In this document: positions 15,979 to 23,308 of the stretch, piece by piece
How positions within the stretch are numbered: position 1 is the stretch's first letter
How the letters are laid out: each line of letters begins with the position of its first letter
Virus record (IMG/VR): IMGVR_UViG_2802429615_000001
Location: 1-23,542 of that record
Strand: one strand, 5' to 3'
DNA from: a virus
DNA: 23,542 nucleotides
The notes under the pieces: model-generated
What the model saw: the letters and a program-made list of their open reading frames with translations, nothing else
Databases searched by the model: none
Told to the model about the DNA's origin: nothing
Program-made: the position numbers and the translations under genes

Positions 15979-17429
15979 GTGGACTGGAACGCCCGGTCGT
16001 CGATCGGGTAGAAGCCGGTCATCCCGGCGTCGCTCACACCGTGACACGAGGCGACCGACTGGAACCGAGACGGGACGCCGACGCCGAGCCGTTCGACGAA
16101 CTCCCCGCTCGGCTTCGGGCTGCCCGTCGTCACGATCGGCGGGCCGTCCCAGGGGATCATCCCGGAGACGTGGTGGTGGCCGATGTACGCGAGGTCGAAC
16201 TCGTGGTCCATCAGCGTCGAGAGCCACTCCTTGAGACGCGCCGACGTCGACGCCTGCGGGTCGCGGTCCTGTCCGTGGCGCAGGTGGCCGGTGAGCTTCC
16301 CGCCGCGGAGGTCGAAGTTCCGGTAGGCACGCGCCTCGCCGATCTTCATCGCGACGTTCTCGAACTCGTCGTGCCGGCGCCGGAGGGCGGCGATCGTGTT
16401 CCGGAGGTTCTTGTACGTGATCAGGTCCGCGTTCGCCTGCTTGCTCGTCCCATCGGCGCGGATGTCGCCATGGTTGCCGATCTGGCAGACAATGACGACC
16501 TCCTCGAAGCGTTCGGCGTACGCGTCGACGAGTCGCAGGAGCGGGTCGTGGAGCAGGTCGATCTGCTCATCGAGGAACGCCTGGACGTCGCCGTTCGCGA
16601 GCTGCCCCTCGTACACGCCAGAGCCGGTGACGAGGTCACCACCGAGGAGGACGTATGCCGTGTCGTACGTGGCATCGTGGACGTCTGCGAGGTGGAGCGA
16701 CCGTCGCGTCGCGTAGTCGATGACGTCCGGGATGAGGTCAGGCTCGTAGACGACGGTGCCGTCGTCCTGCCGGACGAAGTCGCCGGCGTGGACGTCTGTC
16801 AGGTGGAGCACCCAGTCCTCGTTGTCCGGGTGCGTGTCGTACTGCGTCGTCGACGGGACATCGTCGAGGCCCTTGTACTCGCGGACGAGCTCGTTGTGTC
16901 GCTGCTCCCACCAGCGATTGGCCTTCCGGGTCCGGGTGCCGATGTGCTCCGAGCTCCGGAGCGTCGAGTCGCCCTCGATAGCGACGTGGTCCGCGGACTC
17001 GTCGACGTACACCTGCCAGCCGTGCTCCCGGAGGTCTCGGAGTCGCTGCGTGATGACGCCCGGCCGCTCGTCGAGGTCATCTGCGAGCGAGTCGATGTCG
17101 TCGACGCCCGTCTGGAGCTCGCGAGCAAGGGTGCGCTCGTCGTCGTTGAGTTCTGACGGGTCCGGGTCGACGTCAGCGACCGGCGTGTCCGAGAGGTCCG
17201 GAAACGTGGTGTCCTTGTCCTCTTCCAGGTCGCCCGAGTCGTCGGCACGCGACCAGACGTGCGTCGCCTCGTCGTAATCGAGATCGACGCCCTTCTCCTC
17301 GACGTTCTCACGGTGATCGCGAACGCCGCGCTTCGAGATCCCCATCTTCTCGGCGATCTCCTGCGAGGTCGCCGGGAGGTAGCTGAGGAACTCGCGTTGC
17401 CGGTCGGTAAACTCTGGTGTATCGTCCAT
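15975..17429 (-). CDS. Tandem winged-HTH plus calcineurin-like metallophosphoesterase (484 aa)
   Basis: HTH1 TSQEIAEKMGISKRGVRDH and HTH2 IDSLADDLDERPGVITQRLRDL; MPP motifs TDVH, GGDLVTG, GNHG, HG and GHHH. Confidence 0.85.
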   Translation of the reverse strand: MDDTPEFTDRQREFLSYLPATSQEIAEKMGISKRGVRDHRENVEEKGVDLDYDEATHVWSRADDSGDLEEDKDTTFPDLSDTPVADVDPDPSELNDDERTLARELQTGVDDIDSLADDLDERPGVITQRLRDLREHGWQVYVDESADHVAIEGDSTLRSSEHIGTRTRKANRWWEQRHNELVREYKGLDDVPSTTQYDTHPDNEDWVLHLTDVHAGDFVRQDDGTVVYEPDLIPDVIDYATRRSLHLADVHDATYDTAYVLLGGDLVTGSGVYEGQLANGDVQAFLDEQIDLLHDPLLRLVDAYAERFEEVVIVCQIGNHGDIRADGTSKQANADLITYKNLRNTIAALRRRHDEFENVAMKIGEARAYRNFDLRGGKLTGHLRHGQDRDPQASTSARLKEWLSTLMDHEFDLAYIGHHHVSGMIPWDGPPIVTTGSPKPSGEFVERLGVGVPSRFQSVASCHGVSDAGMTGFYPIDDRAFQST

Positions 17430-17468
17430 CTGGTGTGGAAACGGAGAGGTATGTCAGTGCGTCTCGAA

Positions 17469-17545
17469 GAGCTGCGCCGGGAATTGAACCCGGGACGAGG
17501 TGGCCGCGTAGCAGGCTTTGGTTTCGCCTACCCCATAGCGGCGCT
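17469..17545 (-). pseudogene. Degenerate tRNA-like element
   Basis: Perfect T arm CCGGG-TTCAATT-CCCGG, D-arm-like GGT-AGGCGAA-ACC, acceptor AGCGCCG/CGCAGCT with two mismatches, broken anticodon arm; about 77 nt. Confidence 0.45.
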
Positions 17546-17570
17546 CGTCACCCGACCACGGGCACAGCAA

Positions 17571-17725
17571 GGCGGACGGACTTGTGGTTTGGAATGTCCA
17601 CACAGCATGGTACGCAGGATCTTCGTCGAAGGTCACGGTCTCGCGACGATCTTTGCCGTCCGCTCGTGTATCTCAGCACCCCCTCCGGCGCTGACCTGAC
17701 CTCCGAGGAAAAGCGGAGATCACGC
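17571..17725 (-). ncRNA. Candidate structured ncRNA between the tRNA and the pseudo-tRNA
   Basis: Closing helix GCGGACGG/CCGUCCGC encloses hairpins GUCGCG-AGAC-CGUGAC, CUUC-GAC-GAAG and UGUGG/CCACA. A 5' domain has AUCUC/GAGAU and AGCGCC/GGUGCU. G-U pairs work only on the minus strand. Confidence 0.4.
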
Positions 17726-17735
17726 CGTCGGGAGA

Positions 17736-17807
17736 CGGATCGACTCGGATTCGAACCGAGGCACGCGACGTCTTCAGCGTCGTGCTCTCCCACTGAGCTA
17801 TCGATCC
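17736..17807 (-). tRNA. tRNA-Phe (GAA), intronless, CCA not encoded
   Basis: GGATCGA TA GCTC AGTGGGA GAGC A CGACG CTGAAGA CGTCG CGTGC CTCGG TTCGAAT CCGAG TCGATCC G: all four stems fully paired. Confidence 0.92.
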
Positions 17808-17977
17808 AGCCGCTCGGCTTCGGACTCCGCCACTCGGTACTCGAGGCCATCGACGTCGACCGTCAGGAACCCGTCAGGGCCGGAGACGTCGCCGGCGGGC
17901 TCGAAGTCGGTCGCTGTGCCCTCGAGTTTGCGGCCGGCGAAGTCGAACGTCACGCGACCGTATCCAGTGGCGCTCAT
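17798..17977 (-). CDS. Hypothetical small beta-rich protein (59 aa)
   Basis: MSATGYGRVTFDFAGRKLEGTATDFEPAGDVSGPDGFLTVDVDGLEYRVAESEAERLDR; ATGA overlap upstream. Just under the track cutoff. Confidence 0.65.
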   Translation of the reverse strand: MSATGYGRVTFDFAGRKLEGTATDFEPAGDVSGPDGFLTVDVDGLEYRVAESEAERLDR

Positions 17978-18543
17978 GCGGGGGCCTCCCGCGAGGTCTC
18001 CTGCCCGGCGTCGCCCTGGTTGATCGCGGCGACGATGGCCGCCTCGGTCGCCTCGCCGAGGCAGTCGTCGACGTGCTCACCGTCGCGGCGGCGCCGGAGT
18101 GCCTCTCGAGCGAGCGTCTTGCGGTTGAGGGTGACGCCCTTCTCCTCGAGCGTCCGGATCGTGTTCTGGACGAGCTCGCGGAACTTCGACATAGAGACCT
18201 CGCGCTCTTGGCACGGTGTTGTCGCAGGCTCATCGGCGTCGTCGAGCCAGCCGAGCGCCGTCGCGAGCTCGTGCGTGGTGGTCCGGTGGTCATCCCAGTA
18301 TCGGTCCCACGGCGACTCGGTGCCGCAGCGGTCGCAGAACGTCCCTTGCTGCCCGCCAACGGTCTTGGCCGGCCCGTAGTCGACGACCGTGTGATCGCGG
18401 TGACGTTCATGGTGGGTCTCGTACTCCCGCGTGATCCCGCCGCGTGTCGGGTCCTGCCGCTCGACGCGGATGACTCTGTGACAGGAGTTACACACGTCCG
18501 ATGCGTCGAGCAGGTGCTCGTGGTAGGCAGGTTGCTCAGGCAT
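17974..18543 (-). CDS. Zn-ribbon protein (189 aa from ATG 18543)
   Basis: CNSC and CDRCG motifs with a helical C-terminus. Confidence 0.7.
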   Translation of the reverse strand: MPEQPAYHEHLLDASDVCNSCHRVIRVERQDPTRGGITREYETHHERHRDHTVVDYGPAKTVGGQQGTFCDRCGTESPWDRYWDDHRTTTHELATALGWLDDADEPATTPCQEREVSMSKFRELVQNTIRTLEEKGVTLNRKTLAREALRRRRDGEHVDDCLGEATEAAIVAAINQGDAGQETSREAPA

Positions 18544-18629
18544 GGTGTTGTAGATGCGGCCGCCGGACGTATCGCTGGCAGTGAGCACACCACTCCGTCC
18601 GCTCACCGGCCTGATTGTGGTCGTAAAAG

Positions 18630-18788
18630 CTACCCATGTGCGGGAAAATCGCAGAAGCGTCCAGGGCGACCGTCTCTCCGGCCCTGTCGTTCCGACCCCC
18701 GCGTGCGAGGCGTGGGGTCGCCCGTCGCCGGGCTGTCGTCATCTGTGTGTTGCTTGGCCAAACGCTTATACGAACTGTACTGTGTCAT
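18630..18788 (-). CDS. Hypothetical disordered peptide (52 aa)
   Basis: ATGA overlap with the HTH gene stop, but low complexity and it overlaps hairpins and promoter-like elements. Confidence 0.3.
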   Translation of the reverse strand: MTQYSSYKRLAKQHTDDDSPATGDPTPRTRGSERQGRRDGRPGRFCDFPAHG

Positions 18789-19054
18789 TGTGACATCCCG
18801 GCTATTTTCCACTCTGAGGCTGGCGGCTCGGTGTGGCGCGGTGAGCAGGTGACTAAGTCCTCATCGTGGAGTGTCCGGAGCGCCCGGTGGACAGACTTCC
18901 GCGGCCGGGCCGTCTCGTAGGCGATCTGTCTGAGAGTGCGCGGCCCGCCCTCGTTCCGAAGGTGGAGGTAGACGACGGTTGCCGTCGGCGGAAGCTCGGC
19001 TAGGTGCTCCCGGGTCGTCCGAGGCAGGTCGGCGACGTCGACGGTCTCACTCAT
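18785..19054 (-). CDS. Winged-HTH transcription regulator (89 aa)
   Basis: LPPTATVVYLHLRNEGGPRTLRQIAYETARPRKSVHRALRTLHDEDLV is a typical wHTH pattern. Confidence 0.8.
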   Translation of the reverse strand: MSETVDVADLPRTTREHLAELPPTATVVYLHLRNEGGPRTLRQIAYETARPRKSVHRALRTLHDEDLVTCSPRHTEPPASEWKIAGMSQ

Positions 19055-19164
19055 CGGCCGACCTCCATGTCGCTCGTTGCGAGCAATCGTCGGGCTTCTG
19101 GCTCAGGGATGCGCCACTTCTTCGCGACCGCCTCGACGACCCCGTCGGGATAGTGTTCGCTCAT
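19051..19164 (-). CDS. Hypothetical micro-protein (37 aa)
   Basis: MSEHYPDGVVEAVAKKWRIPEPEARRLLATSDMEVGR; ATGA overlaps at both ends fill the gap exactly. Confidence 0.55.
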   Translation of the reverse strand: MSEHYPDGVVEAVAKKWRIPEPEARRLLATSDMEVGR

Positions 19165-19493
19165 GCGTCGGCCCTCGCAGTGTCGTCAGTGTCCGTCGCC
19201 TGGAACGCGCATGTCCCGCAGCGACCGTAGTCGTGCGCCCTCGCCTCCTCTGGTGTGAGCGTCTCGACCGTCGACGACGGCGGGATACACGTCCGCGAGG
19301 TGTGGAGGGCACTGCCGAAGTGCGTCACCACGACGTACCACGTGTCGACGGCGTCGTACGGGAGCCACTCGACGTCGGTGGCGCCAAACCGGAGTTCGCA
19401 GCCCTGGCACTCGAAGCGCCAGTCTCGTCGAGAGGTCCGAGTGACGAGGACATCCGTCTCGCAGTTCGGACAGTCCTCGATGTCGTCAGTCAC
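19161..19493 (-). CDS. Double zinc-finger protein (110 aa, GTG start)
   Basis: CPNC...CQGC, then H-x4-C...CGTC; GTGA and ATGA overlaps. Confidence 0.7.
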   Translation of the reverse strand: MTDDIEDCPNCETDVLVTRTSRRDWRFECQGCELRFGATDVEWLPYDAVDTWYVVVTHFGSALHTSRTCIPPSSTVETLTPEEARAHDYGRCGTCAFQATDTDDTARADA

Positions 19494-19918
19494 GACACGA
19501 TCACCCACGAGATGCCGACGACGCCCGCCGGGTCGATGATGTCGTTGTCGTAGCTGACGCAGCTCGGGACCATCACGAGCCCCCATCGCGACGAGCTCTC
19601 GACGGTGTGGACCTGCGTCTTCCCTGGGAGCACCTGCTCGATCCGGCGCGGGACGAGGTACACGTGCTCTCGTGGGACCAGCGGATCGTCGCGTGAGACG
19701 TGGACGTCGTCGCCGAGCCGCTCCGAGATCGTGGCGGCCGACCGCCGGTCGAGGACGACGACGGCGTCACCATTCGTGATGCTCACGTCGGCGCCGGTCG
19801 TCGCGTCGACGGCCTGGAGCGCCTCGAGAAGCGTGTCGTCCTCGCACGGGCCAGTGGTGTGGTCGCGATGCGTGCCTGACTGGTACCAGACTTCGTAGGG
19901 GTCCTCGAAGATGCTCAT
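19490..19918 (-). CDS. Hypothetical protein (142 aa from ATG 19918)
   Basis: ATGA overlap upstream and GTGA overlap downstream; no recognised motif. Confidence 0.6.
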   Translation of the reverse strand: MSIFEDPYEVWYQSGTHRDHTTGPCEDDTLLEALQAVDATTGADVSITNGDAVVVLDRRSAATISERLGDDVHVSRDDPLVPREHVYLVPRRIEQVLPGKTQVHTVESSSRWGLVMVPSCVSYDNDIIDPAGVVGISWVIVS

Positions 19919-20076
19919 CGTCGACCAGCCTCCGTGATCGCTCCGCAGTGTCCACACTCCCAGCGCGTGATGATGCCTTGGTGGGAACCGCTGTCCACAG
20001 CGTGCTGACCGTCTATTTCCCAGTCTGTGTGTTTCTCGCCGCAGTTGTGGCACCTCTCCGCTCCATCGTCACTCAT
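19915..20076 (-). CDS. CxxCG-type zinc-finger micro-protein (53 aa)
   Basis: MSDDGAERCHNCGE...WECGHCGAITEAGRR; GGAGGTGA RBS at 20081-20088; ATGA overlaps. Confidence 0.75.
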   Translation of the reverse strand: MSDDGAERCHNCGEKHTDWEIDGQHAVDSGSHQGIITRWECGHCGAITEAGRR

Positions 20077-20525
20077 CGACTCACCTCCACAGTCGCGCCC
20101 TCTTGTCTGCTCCACGAGACTTCCTCGCCGTCCGCGCCGACGAGCACCGCCACGGACTCGGCGTCGCGTTCGGCAGCCGCCCCCCGGCGCTCTGCCGGCG
20201 TCATCCCGGCCTGTGCGAGGCCCTCGCCGTTGGCTTCGAGCTCCTCGCGTCGCTCCTGGAGTGCGTCGAGGACGTCGTCGCGAGGCTCGCGGTCCTCTCG
20301 GCGAGCCAGCCACCGCTCGACGCCCTCCCAGTAGTCGACGAGTTCGCGCGTCGCGATGCCGCGGATACGGGCGACGATCAGTTCGCCGGTCGTGCCGGCG
20401 CCGGTGTCGATGTCAATCTCCTCGACGAGGAACCGCGCCGGGTTCTCCCCGAGCCGGGCGGACTCCTCGGCGTTGAGGTTCGGGACCTCAGTCGCCTGCT
20501 CGTTGTGCTGACCGGTGGCCGGCAT
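20073..20525 (-). CDS. Hypothetical helical protein (150 aa)
   Basis: ATG directly after the MCM TAG; normal codon use. Confidence 0.7.
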   Translation of the reverse strand: MPATGQHNEQATEVPNLNAEESARLGENPARFLVEEIDIDTGAGTTGELIVARIRGIATRELVDYWEGVERWLARREDREPRDDVLDALQERREELEANGEGLAQAGMTPAERRGAAAERDAESVAVLVGADGEEVSWSRQEGATVEVSR

Positions 20526-22649
20526 CTAGGAACACCTCAGCGACCCCTCGCCGCTCGGGTGGTACACCTCGCCCTTGCTATCGAGCTTGTCGATCTCGTC
20601 GGCAGCTTTCGACCGAGTCATCCCGGCCTCCTTGGCAGCGTCGAGCACCTTACGTCGGCTCGCAGCCTCCTCCGGCGTACACAGCTCGTCGATGATGTCC
20701 TTGATGCGCTCGATGCGCTCCTTCTGTGACTTCGGCGTCCCCTTACCCGTGCGTTCGGCGTCGAACTTCCCCGTCTCAGGGTCGTAGTTGAGCCCGACGA
20801 CGTTCTTGGTGACGCGGATCGCCCGCTCGACGTGGCGCGGCTCGACCGTCTCGGACAGTTCCGCCCGAGCGAATCCGACCGACAGGCGGATACCGGCCTC
20901 GAGGCGCCGTGGCGTCGCCGGCACCGGGTCGTCGGCGCCGTCGTTGAGCGAGCGGACGTCGATGTACGACTCCTTCAGCAGCTCCTTCGAGGCGGGCGTC
21001 AGCGTCGGGAAGACGTTCTCGCGAGCGTACACCAGCATCGCTCGGAACACCTCGATCGACACCGGCGGGTCGATCGCCGTCTCCTCCGGCACGTCGATCT
21101 CGACGCCGCGGTTCTCGAGCTCCTGCCGGCTCGCGTCGTCCCACGTATCGAGGACGTGGTCGGCGAGCTTCGCGTCCGTCTCCGGGTCGGGGATGTCCTG
21201 AACGGCGAGGAGGACGTCCATCCGGTCGATGAGCGCATCGTCAAGGTCGATCTGGTCGGCCATCGGTTCGTGCCGGTCGAACCGTCCGTGGACCGGGTTG
21301 CCCGACGCGAGCAGCGCCGTCCGGGTCGGCAGGTCGGCCGTGATGCCGGCCTTGTCGACCTTGACCATCTGGTCGCCCTCGAGGGCGTCGTGCATCGACT
21401 TCGTCTTCTCGTCGACGACGTCGTCAACCTCGTCGATGATACAGTGGCCGCCGTTGGCTCGTGGCAGAATCCCAGGGGAGAGCGTCCACTCGGTCGTGCC
21501 GGCGAACTCCTCCTGGACGGCCGCCGCTGTGAGGCCGATCTTCGAAAGGCCGGTGCCCGAGCGGAACTCAGACTTCGGCGCGATCTCGTTCAGCCGGCTC
21601 AGGATGGTGGACTTCCCGCGACCGGGGTCGCCGATGAGCCCGAAGTGGAGGTCGCCACGGTAGCTCCCGAGGTCGTTGTCGATGCGGTAGGCGTTGAACA
21701 GCCACGCCACCGACGCCTCGAACACCGTGTCGAGCTCGTCGTCGGCGAGGATCTGCGGCGCGATGCTGGCGGCCAGCTGGTCGACGCAGTCCTCCTGGTC
21801 GGCTAGGGTCTCGAAGTCGTCGCGATGCGCCTCGACGTCGACGTCGTCGTAGTCGTCGCTCTCGAACGCGACGGCGTGGGCGTCGATCCACGTCGTCGTC
21901 TCGGGGTCGGCGTTCCGCCCCTGGAGGTCTCCCTCGTTGACGCGGAGCTTCCCGAGGATGACCGCCTGCTCTCCACTCCGGTCGGGGAGGCCGTTCTCAC
22001 CGCCGTAGTCGCAGAGGTCGTCCTCGACGAACACCGGGATCGACTCGCCCTCGACGTCCGGGCGCTCGCCTGGGAGCTCGACCAGCTGGACCTTCCGCTG
22101 GTCGACGAACTCCGACTCGTCGACGGTCAGGCTCCACGGCCCCTGGCGCTCGCAGCCGGCGCACTCGTGCGGCTCCTGGACGCGGTTGCGGCCCTGTGGG
22201 ATGTAGGTCGGCGTCCCGCAGCGCTGGCACTCGTAGGCCGCCTCGACGAGGCGCGGCGCCGTCCCGGTGACCTTCGACACCTGCCCGCGGACCGCGACGT
22301 AGTCGCCGATGTCGTCGGCCGGGTTGAGTTCCGGGATCGAGCGCGTCTCGAGTGCGTTCTCACTATCTGTGAGTCGGACGTGCGCGTTCGCGAGCTCGAC
22401 GTCCGCCGGCAGGTCGAACAGCCGGAGCGCTTCCTCGGCGTACTGCCGCATCTGCTCCGGCTCGTCGAGCCAGTCGTCGACGAGGTCGCGGTCGTAGCGG
22501 TAGAGGTCGTCCGCCTCGATGTAGAGCGAGCGCTGCTCGCGCGGGTAGTGCTGGGCGAGCTCGCCGATCTCGTCGCGGTAGTACGTCTGGTAGAACTCGA
22601 GGAACTGGTCCGTGAGTGTCGCCGTCTCGCCCTGGACCGTGGCGCTCAT
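20526..22649 (-). CDS. mcm: MCM replicative helicase (707 aa)
   Basis: Zn finger CQRC...CAGC, Walker A GDPGRGKS, Walker B CIIDEVDD, pre-sensor KVDKAG, sensor-1 ASGNP, Arg finger DRMD, sensor-2 TPRRLE, C-terminal wHTH; RBS GGAGGTGA at 22653-22660. Confidence 0.96.
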   Translation of the reverse strand: MSATVQGETATLTDQFLEFYQTYYRDEIGELAQHYPREQRSLYIEADDLYRYDRDLVDDWLDEPEQMRQYAEEALRLFDLPADVELANAHVRLTDSENALETRSIPELNPADDIGDYVAVRGQVSKVTGTAPRLVEAAYECQRCGTPTYIPQGRNRVQEPHECAGCERQGPWSLTVDESEFVDQRKVQLVELPGERPDVEGESIPVFVEDDLCDYGGENGLPDRSGEQAVILGKLRVNEGDLQGRNADPETTTWIDAHAVAFESDDYDDVDVEAHRDDFETLADQEDCVDQLAASIAPQILADDELDTVFEASVAWLFNAYRIDNDLGSYRGDLHFGLIGDPGRGKSTILSRLNEIAPKSEFRSGTGLSKIGLTAAAVQEEFAGTTEWTLSPGILPRANGGHCIIDEVDDVVDEKTKSMHDALEGDQMVKVDKAGITADLPTRTALLASGNPVHGRFDRHEPMADQIDLDDALIDRMDVLLAVQDIPDPETDAKLADHVLDTWDDASRQELENRGVEIDVPEETAIDPPVSIEVFRAMLVYARENVFPTLTPASKELLKESYIDVRSLNDGADDPVPATPRRLEAGIRLSVGFARAELSETVEPRHVERAIRVTKNVVGLNYDPETGKFDAERTGKGTPKSQKERIERIKDIIDELCTPEEAASRRKVLDAAKEAGMTRSKAADEIDKLDSKGEVYHPSGEGSLRCS

Positions 22650-23209
22650 GCGTCACCTCCGTCGCCGCCGAACGCCTCAGCCACCGGCTGCTCGTTGCCT
22701 GCGCGTCGCTGGGTGTCGGCGTACATCTGTTGCATGAAGTTGGTGTTCAGCAGGTCGCGCTCCTGGTCGGCCGCACGCTGCTTCAGGTCGTAGAGCACCT
22801 CCTCGTTCGACCGTCCGTGCTCGCCGCGGATGTCGTCGACCCGCGGGTGTGTCGCCCACACCTGCGGGAAGTCGCCAGCCTCCATCTCATCGAGGAGCGT
22901 GTCGAGGGCGTCCTCGTAGCTGCCCTCCTCGTCGACCTTGTCCTCGCGAAGCTCGCGAATCTCGTCGAGGTCGTCCTTCAGCTGGGCGACGCGATCACGG
23001 TGCTCGCGAGCCTGCTCGAGCTCCTGCTCAAGGCGCTCCTCCTTCCGCCGGATCTTCCGGTCGATGACGGCGACGGAGTCGTTGGTGTTGACGCCGAGCT
23101 CACGCTCGAGGGCGGAGATGACGACCTGCTTGTTCGAGCGGTCGTCTTCGTCGACGAGATACTTCAGGGACGGCGGGATCTCGGCGACGAGCCGCTCCTC
23201 GTCACTCAC
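22646..23209 (-). CDS. RHH-like N-terminus plus coiled-coil protein (187 aa from GTG 23209)
   Basis: ERLVAEIP-PSLKYLVD-SNKQVVISALEREL (strand-helix-helix) followed by heptad-rich helices; GGAGGTG RBS; ATGA overlap with mcm. Confidence 0.65.
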   Translation of the reverse strand: MSDEERLVAEIPPSLKYLVDEDDRSNKQVVISALERELGVNTNDSVAVIDRKIRRKEERLEQELEQAREHRDRVAQLKDDLDEIRELREDKVDEEGSYEDALDTLLDEMEAGDFPQVWATHPRVDDIRGEHGRSNEEVLYDLKQRAADQERDLLNTNFMQQMYADTQRRAGNEQPVAEAFGGDGGDA

Positions 23210-23224
23210 GCCAACCACCTCCCG

Positions 23225-23278
23225 TGTACACCTTCTCCCTCAATGTACAATGTACATTCTAATGTATAATGTACATCT
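23225..23278. repeat. TGTACA-based repeat cluster in an AT-rich intergenic region
   Basis: AATGTACAATGTACATTCT / AATGTATAATGTACATCT (23242-23278) plus TGTACA at 23225-23230. Confidence 0.85.
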
Positions 23279-23308
23279 AAGTTGTGAGTAAAGTATGTAG
23301 TAAGACGG

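Noticed and set aside
17500-17520. CUA in the pseudo-tRNA as an amber-suppressor or Pyl anticodon
   Set aside because: It is not preceded by U33 and has no proper anticodon stem, so the anticodon cannot be assigned.
17454-17636. 60-aa minus-strand ORF (GTG start) across the structured region, suggesting a tmRNA-like layout
   Set aside because: No RBS or coupling overlap, atypical composition, it runs through the T arm itself, and no alanine-identity acceptor stem is present.
17665-17726. HDV-like (theta-type) ribozyme after the tRNA: GGCGUGA/UCAGGUC P1-like pairing and a UCCUCG loop
   Set aside because: There is no GG for P1.1, no catalytic C in the J4/2 position, and a G-G mismatch in P1. 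A simpler alternative fold exists.
17736-17807. tRNA as the provirus attachment site
   Set aside because: Both flanks are co-oriented viral genes, with no integrase and no duplicated tRNA 3' fragment in the window.
12798-22649. Inteins in terminase or MCM
   Set aside because: Lengths are normal, motifs are contiguous, and no C...HN-C/S/T splice junctions were seen.
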